64,000 bases of DNA from a bacterium (lineage in GTDB: Bacteria > Electryoneota > Electryoneia > Electryoneales > Electryoneaceae): contig CAXXKJ010000002.1 in the NCBI GenBank assembly GCA_963675295.2, forward strand, positions 3,328,001 through 3,392,000, written 5' to 3'. Positions 22,701 through 31,809 of the stretch are shown here, piece by piece. The notes below the pieces were generated by a model that saw only the letters and a list, made by a program, of their open reading frames with translations, did no database searches and had not been told where the DNA came from. The position numbers and the translations under genes were made by a program. Each line of letters starts with the position of its first letter. Position 1 is the first letter of the stretch.

Positions 22701-22776
22701 GATCTTGGGTTTTTCCTGTCAGGTAACCCGATTTTGTGGGATCGCTTCTCAAGCGAACGCGGTCGTTCTCAGTCAC
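19690..22776 (-). CDS. SNF2/RapA-like helicase (1028 aa)
   Basis: LVADEVGLGKTIEA, IDEAHHLRN, LLTATP, GEGVDIQF, WNPMRLEQRIGRIDRLGQ; C-terminal coiled coil. Confidence 0.9.
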   Translation of the reverse strand: MTENDRVRLRSDPTKSGYLTGKTQDRSGRTMHLVQFPDGRQWKPENQLELVTSERLNPLEMLSKQKLGRPIDLRKTLTHAKITGKLADVIYSMEATNTDFYAYQFKPVLKILESPSNGILVADEVGLGKTIEAGLIWTELRSRFDMRRLIVVCPSALCEKWQTELSSKIGIRAAICDTRETLRILSDSDEQDAGFAIICSLQGLRPPKDWEDSEDLSAAGQLARFLREHENDDRLADLLVIDEAHHLRNPETRTNELGQLLKPVCEFTVLLTATPIHNRNEDLYSLLKLLDPDTFSRKQEFGQILEANSPLVRAKDMLLSQNPDLQRLKLLVSEAMTNELLANNRQLSSIKTDLKENRLSLDHITRSNLAYRLETINLLAHVITRTRKRDVKEWRVVRQPFLELVPMARDPEGKVYDMVTSIVTEYAMRSEANERFLLSQPQRQMTSCMAAALTSWRNSGEQLEEAILADPDVSMKTEIGPLVQTIIRQTKAIDIENLRENDSKYQRLTQLLEKFFRNHPDEKVVLFSSFRSTLTYLKNRLDEEGFKTILLMGGQSETKQSVIGRFRGAPGSTTLLTSEVGGEGVDIQFCRVLINYDLPWNPMRLEQRIGRIDRLGQKADSIQIWNIMYDNTIDARIYTRLYDKLDLVRVALGDFEAILGEKIRILTIDLLSGELSPEAQNARIEQTAMALENIRREEEQLENEAASLIAYGDYILDRIHQAKSLHRWILGEDIRRYVSDHLSMKYPGSVFQLIDQAKRIYNITLSKEARYALTEYIRRVRSSYSTRLTSTLSKSYKYIFDNRVTHDLTGAIETISQFHPLVKMVNDEMSEGGEQLTPAISAILSKEKVKQIVEPGVYMVAIAKWSFSALQNVDKLAYKACSLRYPDKVLQDDAAEILASMIVSEGKDWLEVSSEINFRHAEQVASDILFAKLWDDYEEFEARLKERNEDRADLQIQMLDRHLENQVTKLQDILENHEAKGRLALAEATRGRVRALENRVEQQRMRINEHKNMRSNSEDIGLAIVSVR

Positions 22777-22904
22777 GTGCCATTCCCCCTGCTCTGTTTA
22801 TGTGCAGCAAAGATACGAATAAACCACCAGCATATATTAATGACCATGCGTTCTTGCAGCGAAAGATCACCTCAAAGCCGCAAAGATGGTGGGCTCTAGA
22901 GGTA

Positions 22905-22934
22905 TTGACATAACGCCATGTGACAATGTATGAT
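22905..22934 (+). promoter_or_regulatory. Sigma70-like promoter, probably leaderless, for the MerR gene
   Basis: TTGACA (22905-22910), 18-bp spacer, TATGAT (22929-22934), ATG 6 nt later at 22941 with no Shine-Dalgarno; TGACA is repeated in the spacer. Confidence 0.6.
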
Positions 22935-22940
22935 CTAATC

Positions 22941-23729
22941 ATGAACGAAAACAACTATACACTCCAAGAGCTCAGCGAGCAAACCGGCATCGGGGCGCGA
23001 ACCATTCGCAGCTACATCCATGAGCACAATCTGCTGCGTCCTGCGCACGGTCGTGGCCCGAACGCGTACTACGACCAGGACCATCTGGATCGGCTGCAGG
23101 CGATCAAGATGTTGCGCGGAATGAAAAACATCAGTCTTTCGGCTATCGGAAGGCTGTTGATGCAATTCGATGTCGGCGAAGTGTCCCTCGAAGATTTGGA
23201 ACAGATGGTGAAGCAGCAGGGGCTTGATTGGTATCTAGTGTCTGATGCGGTAGATGATGCAGCACCCGCATCTTTCAAGGAGTCTGCGGCAACCACTTCT
23301 ACTCGGTTTCCAAGAATCGAACCTTCTTCCGCTTTGGATTTCATCCGCGAATACAAGCGACGACAACAGGAACCCGATCCTCAAGAGGAAAATTCTGCCC
23401 CGAAGGACATCGAGCCGTTTCCCATCGCTTCCCTCGCACGTCCACGGCTTTCCAAGCCCTATCCGAGCACAGGGTCGACTCACGAAGAATCGCGCCCCTG
23501 GACCGGGTTGAATCCACCGGAAAAGCTGCTGAGGATCCTGAAAAAAGAGGTGAGCACTGCACAACCTCGATCAAGACGAAGGGAGGAATGGGTCCAGTTC
23601 GAGATCACCCCTGACATACGGCTCCAGGTGCGGGGTGATTTTGACATTCGACAGCAGGCAATCTTTGCCCAGATCGCAGATGCGATGCGGGAGATTTTAC
23701 TCGGAGGAACTCATGATGAAGACGAATGA
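22941..23729 (+). CDS. MerR-family HTH regulator with long disordered linker
   Basis: YTLQELSEQTGIGARTIRSYI..LL.P..GRG..AYY...HLDRL..IK; C-terminal W...EITPDIRLQV. Confidence 0.82.
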   Translation: MNENNYTLQELSEQTGIGARTIRSYIHEHNLLRPAHGRGPNAYYDQDHLDRLQAIKMLRGMKNISLSAIGRLLMQFDVGEVSLEDLEQMVKQQGLDWYLVSDAVDDAAPASFKESAATTSTRFPRIEPSSALDFIREYKRRQQEPDPQEENSAPKDIEPFPIASLARPRLSKPYPSTGSTHEESRPWTGLNPPEKLLRILKKEVSTAQPRSRRREEWVQFEITPDIRLQVRGDFDIRQQAIFAQIADAMREILLGGTHDEDE

Positions 23730-25764
23730 TACTGTAACCCTGAAAGCTGGACGGGATCGCATGCTCGTCCGTGGTGGCAGTTCAACCTATCGGTTCGTGT
23801 TGGCTGAATTGAAGGCACCGAAAATCGAGCTGGAGGACAATGAACGCCGTCCAATCAACCTGGCCATTGTGATCGATGCCAGCGGATCCATGAGCGGCGA
23901 ACCCATCGAAGCTGCGAAACGCGCGGCAGCTGGTATCGTCGAGCAAATGACAGATGGCGATTATTTGTCGGTCGTATCCTTTGATTCCGATGTCTACACT
24001 CACATCAGCCGGCTACAGATTAATGATCAAGCCCGGACACAGGCAAAGGGTGTGATTCGCCAGCTACGTGCCGGTTCCATGACCAACATGTCCGGTGGCT
24101 GGCTGCAGGGCGCTGAGCTTGCCGCTGAAGTTATGGAAGAACAAACCGGATTTGTCAATCGTGTGTTGCTGCTTTCGGACGGTCACGCCAATCAGGGCGA
24201 GTGTAATCCGACAGAGCTGCGGAAGATCGCATCCAACCTGTTCGAACGCGGCATCATTTCATCCTGTGTAGGCATCGGACATGGGTTCTCGACCACACAG
24301 CTCCGCGCAATCGCGGACCATGGCGGCGGTCGTCTGCACCACGCCGAGCGCCCCGAAGAAATCATCGAAACGGTGCTCGGCGAGTTCGGGGAAGTCCGTC
24401 AGATGTTCTCTGAATCCAACAACCTGACCTTGCTGCATCCGGAAGACGTGAAAGCCGAGGTGCTTGGGGATTACCCGACGGACACGAAAGACGATCGTCT
24501 GACTGTCCGAGTTGGCACTCTGCTTTCCGGTGCCAGCAGGGAAATCGCCATCAAATTCGTTGTGCCGGGAGGCGACGTCGGCCAGAAGATCAAGGTTTTC
24601 CTGCGGGGAACGTTCAAACGTCCCGGTGAAACGGACATGGTCCAGTTGGAACCTGTAGAGCTTGAATACACCGTTGCTTCGGACGATGATGTGAACACTG
24701 AGGTGCCAGATGAAAGGGTCGTGCTGCGAGTCGCTGAACTGTGGCAGGATTCTCTCGCACAGGAAAGCGTGGAGTTGAATCGACAGGGACGACGTCGCGA
24801 GGTCCGGTCGCGGTTGGAACGGAACCGAAGGGTCATGCACGATCTCACGCTGAACGTTGAGGATGCCGCCCCGCTGATGGCTGACATGGACGCGATGCTG
24901 GACACGTTCAGTGTGGAAATGGATGAAGTATCACGCAAACAGGTCGAACATGCGGCCTATTCGTCCTCCAGAGCGATGAAGGATGTACGGTCCAAGCCTT
25001 CACTCCCATTCTGGAAAGATGCACTCATGCGTGGCGATGGCCATGCTGAGCGCACCAATCCAGTTCAGTCCGAGACCTATCCACTCCATCTGGCTGACGG
25101 CGTGCTGTTCGCCGAAATCGGACCGGTTCGCGCGCTCATCGATACCGGTGCGCCTGTCAGCCTCGGCACGATGGACCATCTTGTGCTGAATGGCAGCCGC
25201 TATCGTTTGTCCTATAACTACCTGGGCACTGACATGCGCGGCATTCAGCGCTATGTGCCAACGCATGTGGATGCCTTGATCGGATGCGACATCCTGAAAG
25301 ACTTTACAGTGACCTTTGACCTTCCCGGTGGTGAACTCCGCCTGGATCCTGCATCGTCCGCGATGCACGGTTCGCCCCAGCCTATCGACCTGGTGCTCGG
25401 AATCGTGCCGGTGATGCAGGTGGTTGTGAATGGTGTTCAACGGTCCCTCGTCTTCGACAGCGGCGCTCACCTGTCCTATCTGGACCGACGTCTGGTTCAG
25501 GGTGTGCTGCCGGACGGAGAGATGGAAGACTTTTATCCTGGCGTCGGACGCTTCCGCACCGACCTATTCCCCGCCGATGTAGAGCTTTCCGGCATCTCCC
25601 GCACCTACCGCTTCGGTGTTCTGCCGGGTGTCCTCGCACCGCTTCTGAATATGACGGGTGCCGAGGGGATTCTGGGGAACTCAATTCTACGTGAGTTTCG
25701 TTTAAGTCTATGTTTAAAATACAGTAGAATGAAGATCAATACTCTCATGGATTCGAGGATCTAA
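23713..25764 (+). CDS. vWA (MIDAS) protein fused to two retropepsin-like aspartic protease domains
   Basis: PINLAIVIDASGSMSG, LLSDGHANQG; C-terminal ALIDTGA..DALIGCDIL and LVFDSGA..EGILGNSIL; GGAGG before ATG 23713; overlaps the MerR gene. Confidence 0.85.
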   Translation: MMKTNDTVTLKAGRDRMLVRGGSSTYRFVLAELKAPKIELEDNERRPINLAIVIDASGSMSGEPIEAAKRAAAGIVEQMTDGDYLSVVSFDSDVYTHISRLQINDQARTQAKGVIRQLRAGSMTNMSGGWLQGAELAAEVMEEQTGFVNRVLLLSDGHANQGECNPTELRKIASNLFERGIISSCVGIGHGFSTTQLRAIADHGGGRLHHAERPEEIIETVLGEFGEVRQMFSESNNLTLLHPEDVKAEVLGDYPTDTKDDRLTVRVGTLLSGASREIAIKFVVPGGDVGQKIKVFLRGTFKRPGETDMVQLEPVELEYTVASDDDVNTEVPDERVVLRVAELWQDSLAQESVELNRQGRRREVRSRLERNRRVMHDLTLNVEDAAPLMADMDAMLDTFSVEMDEVSRKQVEHAAYSSSRAMKDVRSKPSLPFWKDALMRGDGHAERTNPVQSETYPLHLADGVLFAEIGPVRALIDTGAPVSLGTMDHLVLNGSRYRLSYNYLGTDMRGIQRYVPTHVDALIGCDILKDFTVTFDLPGGELRLDPASSAMHGSPQPIDLVLGIVPVMQVVVNGVQRSLVFDSGAHLSYLDRRLVQGVLPDGEMEDFYPGVGRFRTDLFPADVELSGISRTYRFGVLPGVLAPLLNMTGAEGILGNSILREFRLSLCLKYSRMKINTLMDSRI

Positions 25765-25882
25765 AGACCATGCCAAAATACTCCTTTGGATAACGTTGGT
25801 GGACATTTCTTGCTATACCTTTAATAGCTGGCAACACCCGGACTCATTTGGGCCTGCAACCCCAGCTAAACGCGCAGGTATT

Positions 25883-26098
25883 GGGTCCCTTTATGCGAAT
25901 TACATGCATACACTAATGCTTGGACGGCCCAAAGCCAATGAAGCCTAGGGTCCTGGACGATATCCACGGCACATTCACGACGCACTGAGGGCAACAAGCA
26001 GCAACAAATCCCAAGCAACCGAAACTGGCGATTTGACAGAAATCTTTGATTCCTTTGTTGTTATGATTGTGACTTGTTGTGGATTGGGTCTTTTCGGG
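25883..26098 (+). repeat. att-arm-like sequence, copy 1 (internal island boundary)
   Basis: Colinear 216-bp similarity to 49331-49546 (gggtcccttt, gggcaacaa.cagcaacaaatccca, gttatga.ttgtg.cttgttgtg). Confidence 0.8.
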
Positions 26099-27058
26099 TA
26101 TGACACACCATAACCTCCGGTACACATTGGGTAGATTTCTAATGAGTAGCCAGGAGGTTTTTCATGCATCCCGAGGCCATAGTGGAACTGCGGTTTCACG
26201 CAAGAGTGTCAGCTATCTAGTACGCTAACATAATTGGAAATGCCGTTCGAGCGTTCAGAGATCTCAAGATCCCGAGATCAACATTCACGCGCTGGAGGAC
26301 GATTTCAAACGATAGGGAGTTGAAAGCCTTGGGCGCAAAAGGCCTATCGCCCATAGCCATCCTAAGAAGACCCCACAGAAGGTCATTGAACTGATCTTCC
26401 AAATACGAACCGAGTACAAGCTCGGTCCTAAGCGAATCAGCTGGTATATGGAACGATATAATGGAGTTCAGTGTTCAGCTTCAACTGTGTCCCGCACCTT
26501 GGTCAGGCACGGTATGAACTGCCTTCCCAAGTCAGCATCGCGTCAATCGATTCGTGCCAAACGCTACCAACAGACTTGCCTAGACATCTTATACAAGTGG
26601 ATGTAAAGTTTTTACATTGATGGTTTAGAGGGAAGGAAAGTATTAGTACACTGCGATCGATGACACAACCAGAATTGTGCGATTGAGTTCATTAACCATT
26701 TCGTCGATAAGTTCCCGTTCCGTATCCAAGCCATTCGCACTGGTCGTAACCATGAGTTTCAGGCCAGGTTTCATTGGCATGTTGAAGATTTGGGAATGCC
26801 AAAAATTTACATCAAGCCGAAATCTCCTCAGTTGAATGGCAAGGTCGAACGATCTCACCGTAACGATCAGGATAAGTTCTATCAGTTGCTGACTTACGCT
26901 GATAATGTGGATCTGAATGACAAACTAAGGGCGTGGGAACACCTCTACAAATTCTAAAGCCCGCACTACGCTTTTGAAGGCAAAAAACCATACGAAGTGT
27001 TGTGGGACAAACTATAATTCATACCTTAGTCATTGTACCGGAGGATATGGTGCGCTGA
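26099..27058 (+). mobile_element. Degenerate IS481-family element (transposase pseudogene); exact ends approximate
   Basis: Fragments HLIQVDVKF, TAIDDTTR, KFPFRIQAIRTGRNHEFQARFHWHVEDLG, YIKPKSPQLNGKVERSHR, with stops and frameshifts; 19-bp IR 26106-26124 / 27034-27052 (18/19). Confidence 0.85.
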
Positions 27059-27119
27059 AAATTCAGGATATTCCACCTACAATCCAATCAGTCTGTCGAT
27101 TGGTTCTCTCCGCATGAGA

Positions 27120-28490
27120 TCAAACTTTTTCATGCTGCGGCAACTCGTGCTTGAACACGAGGTCACAAAGATCTTTCCCGAGCTTATCCCGGACGGACCT
27201 TTTGGTCAAATCCTGGGCAACAAACAGCCTTGCCACAGTGACGGACTGTGAGCTGGATCCGCTAATATGGTGAGGATGGAGATGAAAGGTGGTGGGAGCG
27301 GTTTCATCACGTGATGGATACAGCAAGATGTTTTGCCGACTGCCGAACTGTGAAGCATACGCGTATAGCTGGTATTGATCGGATACGGCTTCTTCTCCCG
27401 GATTCACCAGCTTCCACTTCGTGTCAAGGACAGCGACAGGGCGGTCATTCCAACCTCCATTCCGATTTCGAAACAGTATATCTGGCTTGAGCTTGGTTTT
27501 GCCATGCTTTTTTTCGTCCCGGCTACTATAGACCAAGTATTCCCGCTGGCCATAGCCTTGCGAAATCACGCGGTAATCAGTAGGAGTTACTTTGCGGTAT
27601 AGCTGCGTTATATACCCTTCGAATACCTGATTCATATCAAACAGTAGGCTGAAGATACGTGAACCGCCAGAAACAGGTGCATTCAGAACCTGACGCAGAA
27701 GCTGAAGGCTGAAGTCGTGTACTGGCTTGAAACGATCATTTTGGCGGGTGAAGGTGACAGCAACTTCATCGGGTGATTGCAGGGCATTCTCCAGGCCACC
27801 CAACCACGGAACGCAGTTGTCCAAAATGCGATGGGTTTTCGAAAGACGGGAATACCGTCGCGCCAGCAAAACGCCGGTCCGCAGCACACGTGCCAACGGT
27901 GTTTCCGGCGAAAACTCACTGTAGCGTACGTAGAACCGTTCCGGGTGCAACAGATTGCGCGACGCTTGCCGCGCGGCGTACAACTTGCCCTTCCAGTGGA
28001 ATAGATTCTCTTCGCGCCGTACATACGCGCGTGGCGAACCCATGCGCAACTCGTCCAGCATAGCGGATGCGAAGATGAAGAGGATTGCTTCAAAAAGTGG
28101 TAAATTCTTCAAAGACTGGGGCGCCACCCCGCGATCACGGAACGATACCAACCCAGCACCACGCAGCATCTCGATGAGGTTACCACGTTCGAATTGCAGT
28201 GTGTCTGGTTGCAGCCCGGAATCGTTCGCACTCGCGGCAGTTTTAGGTAAAACTTCCAACGTAATATGGCCAAGCTGGATCACCCCAACGAACTGACGCG
28301 CCACAGCCCGATTGTGCAACCAGTGGAACAGAGTCAGCCCTTCACGACCGCCGGCATTCAATTCGTCCCATCGCCGCAGTTGGTCGTAGGCTACTTGCGG
28401 AAGGCGGATGCCACGTTCATCGGCATATGGACCGGAATCGTTGCCGCAAGGACGGATCCATTGGTATTCGCACAGGCTAAGCGTGATCAT
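27120..28490 (-). CDS. mcrC: McrC-family restriction nuclease subunit
   Basis: FVGVIQ..EVLPK, LLFDMNQVFEGY, KLKPDI, VLDTKWK, DQYQLYAYA, LLYP; overlaps the mcrB stop. Confidence 0.9.
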   Translation of the reverse strand: MITLSLCEYQWIRPCGNDSGPYADERGIRLPQVAYDQLRRWDELNAGGREGLTLFHWLHNRAVARQFVGVIQLGHITLEVLPKTAASANDSGLQPDTLQFERGNLIEMLRGAGLVSFRDRGVAPQSLKNLPLFEAILFIFASAMLDELRMGSPRAYVRREENLFHWKGKLYAARQASRNLLHPERFYVRYSEFSPETPLARVLRTGVLLARRYSRLSKTHRILDNCVPWLGGLENALQSPDEVAVTFTRQNDRFKPVHDFSLQLLRQVLNAPVSGGSRIFSLLFDMNQVFEGYITQLYRKVTPTDYRVISQGYGQREYLVYSSRDEKKHGKTKLKPDILFRNRNGGWNDRPVAVLDTKWKLVNPGEEAVSDQYQLYAYASQFGSRQNILLYPSRDETAPTTFHLHPHHISGSSSQSVTVARLFVAQDLTKRSVRDKLGKDLCDLVFKHELPQHEKV

Positions 28491-31400
28491 GATTCATTGC
28501 GCTCATTGTCTGACTGCACCAGGTAGCCAAAGAATGGCACAAGATCTTCTTCTGCGATTGCTTCGCTGACAAAATCTGAATCTAACTCCCAATCATCCTT
28601 ACCGTCATCAAAGTCGTTTTGGTTTCGAACGTCTGGCACGTCCTTCTGGACCAGCATGGGACGTTCCTTCGACTGTTGATCGCCATCCAGTTCAAGACCA
28701 AGAACCGCAGCGAACTGCTTCGGCTGTGCATGGAAGTGCTCACGCAATAACGGTATAACGTTGTCCACGAATACATCCCTCAGATCATGGTAGTTGCGCA
28801 CGTTCAGGAAGTAGGAATGGCCGATTTCGTGGTCACGATCCAACTGGTACCGGATCCGGTTGTTCAGTGATTCCAGGAGACGTGAAACCATCGAAGGCAG
28901 ATCGCCATCCACCTTGATCTGTGACCGCACCACCTCGGTACTTGGCATCAGCTCAAAGAACTTGAATCGACGTCGGAGCGCGGTATCGAGCAACGCAATC
29001 GAACGATCCGTGGTGTTCATCGTGCCAATGATGAAAAGGTTCGGCGGAACACCGAACGCGTTGTTGGAATAAGGCAGGGTGACGGTGACTTCTTCCTCTT
29101 GACCAAGACGTTTGTTCGGTTCGATCAGCGTGATCAGCTCCCCCATCACGGAACTGATGTTGGCGCGGTTAATCTCGTCGATAATCAGTACATACGGTTT
29201 TTCGGTCCCCGCGAAAGCAAGCGGTTGCTTGCGATTGAGACGAGTTTGTGCCAGTGTACGCTGTGCCTTCAACTGCTCCCTGCTAAAATCGGTTTGATCT
29301 GTTTGGGGTGGCGATTTTGCCAACCGTTCCATTTCACCTAAGATCAGGAGACAGTATGTTGCTTGGAAGTTTCCTTCTGTGCCCCGATGGGTACGGAGTA
29401 GATTTCGCATGGCTTCAATATTTGGATCGTCCCTGAACGATCCAACCGCATTTCTATATTTCCAGAACAGTCGCAGATATCCGGATGAAGACCTGAAGCT
29501 TCGCGGTCTAGTAAGTAGAGGTGTGCTACTCGTCTCATTGATATCGCTATCCTCTTCTTCGCCCTCTGGTTGTTCAATGCTCTCTAAGTCTCGAACGACA
29601 AGGAGTTCGTCTTCTGATGAACCAGCTTGGATCAAATACTTGTAACCACGGCGACTAGTGCCAGATAGCCCACGATCAGCCGCCGAAACCTCGGCGTATA
29701 GTCTTTCCCACAGTGCTTCGAAACCAACATCCTTATCCTTAACCAGACCATCATCACCTAGCAGTTCACCTGTTGCCAGCAATGCAATCCGTTTAAAAAT
29801 CCCATCATGAAGTTCATAGCTGATTGAACTTGTTGTCCCATCTCTTCTGAGATGAGGACGAATCCCCTCAACAAATTCTTCGTACCCAAAGCTCTGGTGG
29901 AAAGTCACAAACTCGATCCGACCCTGGGCCGCCAGATCTTTGTATTGGTCCCGACCCAAATCGAAACCGTTTTCCGATGCTTCAGCAATAACCTTAGCCT
30001 TTTTCATACCGAGGTGGGGTTGCTGGCATAGCAGTACCCCCATCCGCCGCGCCAGCCAAGTCTTTCCTGTTCCAGGCGGACCTTGGAAAATGACATTGTC
30101 AACGGTGTAAGGCATAGTTTCTCCGGCTTCGAACTGACCGAGAAGTTCATCCTCAGGAGGATTTTCTTCGTTTGGATCAACCGACTCACCATAGAGCATG
30201 GGCCGCAGCCAATAGGCATTGCGGAATCGATAAACTGGAGATGGTGATAGCCCCAGTTTCAATGGTTTCTGCTCCTCGAACGACTCATCCCAGAGGACGG
30301 AAATCCGCTCGGTCGGCGGCTCGCTATTATGTTGGTATGTCCCGCCTTCAATTCGTCCGAGACCTTTGATCGTAGCCGTACCATGTCGTGCCACAACCAG
30401 ATCACCATCACGCATCATCCGCATGTACCAGAAGCCAGTTGTACTGGCGGGCATTTTTCCGAGCGCCTTCTTAACAGTCTTACGGTACTCCTCTTCGGAG
30501 TCATACTTGGCAATGTCACCGATTGCCTCATTGCCGGATTCTGACCAACTCGCCCCAGCGAAAGAGTCTTTTAGGAACCACTCCCACATATCTTTGCCAC
30601 TTCTCTGGTCGTGTGTCACTACGAACAGGACCATGCGTTTGAGTTCTGGATTGGTAATTAGATCATCAACCAAGAGTGATTGAAACCTGGTTAGTCTGAA
30701 TTGACCGCCTTGCCCGAAGGTGATCAACGGGTGCTTGCAAAGAATTGGGTCCTGCTTCAAAATGTCACGGGAAACTTTTCCATCCAGAAGTTCTTCTACA
30801 TGAATCCTTATTTGCTCTTTTTCTTCATCTGCGATTCCTTCACCGTAGTACTTAACCTCTTGAGGGTCATCCATCCCGACAAACACTTCTCCAACTGTAG
30901 ATCCCTTGGCGACAATCCCGCCCTTCGGTCCAGTGATCCAGAAGTAGCATGGCTGGTTTTCACGGAATGCTTTCCTGTGAGGTGGCATTACGGACCAAGT
31001 AAATTCACGTAAGCCATCCTCTAGTGCTTCAGTTAACCTGAATTTCGATTCATTGGCTACGATAAACCAGGCATGAACGTCAGACGATTCAGAGTCATTT
31101 GCAACAGTTTTGTTCTTTGGTTCAGGTAGGAGTTTGGCTGCACGCCATAAAAGGCTGTCGAAAACCCATAAGTTCATATCAAGCTCTTCAGCCAATCCCT
31201 TCAACAGCTCGTTCATTCGCAGATAAAAAGAACCCATGCCTTCTTTGTATTTCCTCTTTGGAAAAAGATCCAGTTTCTTTAAGGCCTTCTCTGATGGACC
31301 ATTCCATACGCCATACTGATCAGGATGGCGAAGAAGCAACAACGCAGTAATTGTGTTATTGCTGATGCCAGGGATAGCATGTTCACCGCGCCCGAGTAAA

Positions 31401-31750
31401 TCGTTCAGCCGATCCTCTACTGGAATATCGTCTTTGATAAGATATCGTAGACCACGTTGAATTTCTTCCGTGCTTTTTGTCACACGATAATCAGCAGCCT
31501 GATCCATACCCCAATGTTGATTATTCTCAAATTTAAGAAAATCTAAAAATTCCGACCGTTCAATTTTATCTATCAACTCCGGGTCAAAAAAATGTTTATA
31601 ATTTTCACGAACACCCTCGAAGGCAACGCGAATTTTCCGATACTCTCTATCTTCTAAATTATCACCATTTTCCACTTTTTTCTGAATCTTACTGAGATCC
31701 TTGATCGCTTTTTCCCACTGTAAATCTTCTACCCATTCTGGTTTCAACAT
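28487..31750 (-). CDS. mcrB: McrB-family AAA+ GTPase with long multi-domain N-terminus (includes an EVE-like domain)
   Basis: GPPGTGKT, FVTFHQSFGYEEFVEG, IIDEINRANI, GTMNTTDRS, ALRRRF, IGHSYF. Confidence 0.9.
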   Translation of the reverse strand: MLKPEWVEDLQWEKAIKDLSKIQKKVENGDNLEDREYRKIRVAFEGVRENYKHFFDPELIDKIERSEFLDFLKFENNQHWGMDQAADYRVTKSTEEIQRGLRYLIKDDIPVEDRLNDLLGRGEHAIPGISNNTITALLLLRHPDQYGVWNGPSEKALKKLDLFPKRKYKEGMGSFYLRMNELLKGLAEELDMNLWVFDSLLWRAAKLLPEPKNKTVANDSESSDVHAWFIVANESKFRLTEALEDGLREFTWSVMPPHRKAFRENQPCYFWITGPKGGIVAKGSTVGEVFVGMDDPQEVKYYGEGIADEEKEQIRIHVEELLDGKVSRDILKQDPILCKHPLITFGQGGQFRLTRFQSLLVDDLITNPELKRMVLFVVTHDQRSGKDMWEWFLKDSFAGASWSESGNEAIGDIAKYDSEEEYRKTVKKALGKMPASTTGFWYMRMMRDGDLVVARHGTATIKGLGRIEGGTYQHNSEPPTERISVLWDESFEEQKPLKLGLSPSPVYRFRNAYWLRPMLYGESVDPNEENPPEDELLGQFEAGETMPYTVDNVIFQGPPGTGKTWLARRMGVLLCQQPHLGMKKAKVIAEASENGFDLGRDQYKDLAAQGRIEFVTFHQSFGYEEFVEGIRPHLRRDGTTSSISYELHDGIFKRIALLATGELLGDDGLVKDKDVGFEALWERLYAEVSAADRGLSGTSRRGYKYLIQAGSSEDELLVVRDLESIEQPEGEEEDSDINETSSTPLLTRPRSFRSSSGYLRLFWKYRNAVGSFRDDPNIEAMRNLLRTHRGTEGNFQATYCLLILGEMERLAKSPPQTDQTDFSREQLKAQRTLAQTRLNRKQPLAFAGTEKPYVLIIDEINRANISSVMGELITLIEPNKRLGQEEEVTVTLPYSNNAFGVPPNLFIIGTMNTTDRSIALLDTALRRRFKFFELMPSTEVVRSQIKVDGDLPSMVSRLLESLNNRIRYQLDRDHEIGHSYFLNVRNYHDLRDVFVDNVIPLLREHFHAQPKQFAAVLGLELDGDQQSKERPMLVQKDVPDVRNQNDFDDGKDDWELDSDFVSEAIAEEDLVPFFGYLVQSDNERNES

Positions 31751-31809
31751 GGCGACCTCGCTATCTTTATAAAAACTATAGTTCTATGCAATAAGTGTTT
31801 TTTTTTTTT

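Noticed and set aside
19690-22776. Calling the SNF2 gene part of Zorya, DISARM or BREX
   Set aside because: None of the diagnostic partners (ZorA/B/C, DrmA/B, PglX/PglZ) is visible in the window.
25913-26125. Similar short ORFs at 25913-26125 and 49237-49479 (FGCLGFVA.CCP.C)
   Set aside because: The similarity comes from the duplicated att arm; starts and stops are not conserved, so non-coding is more likely.
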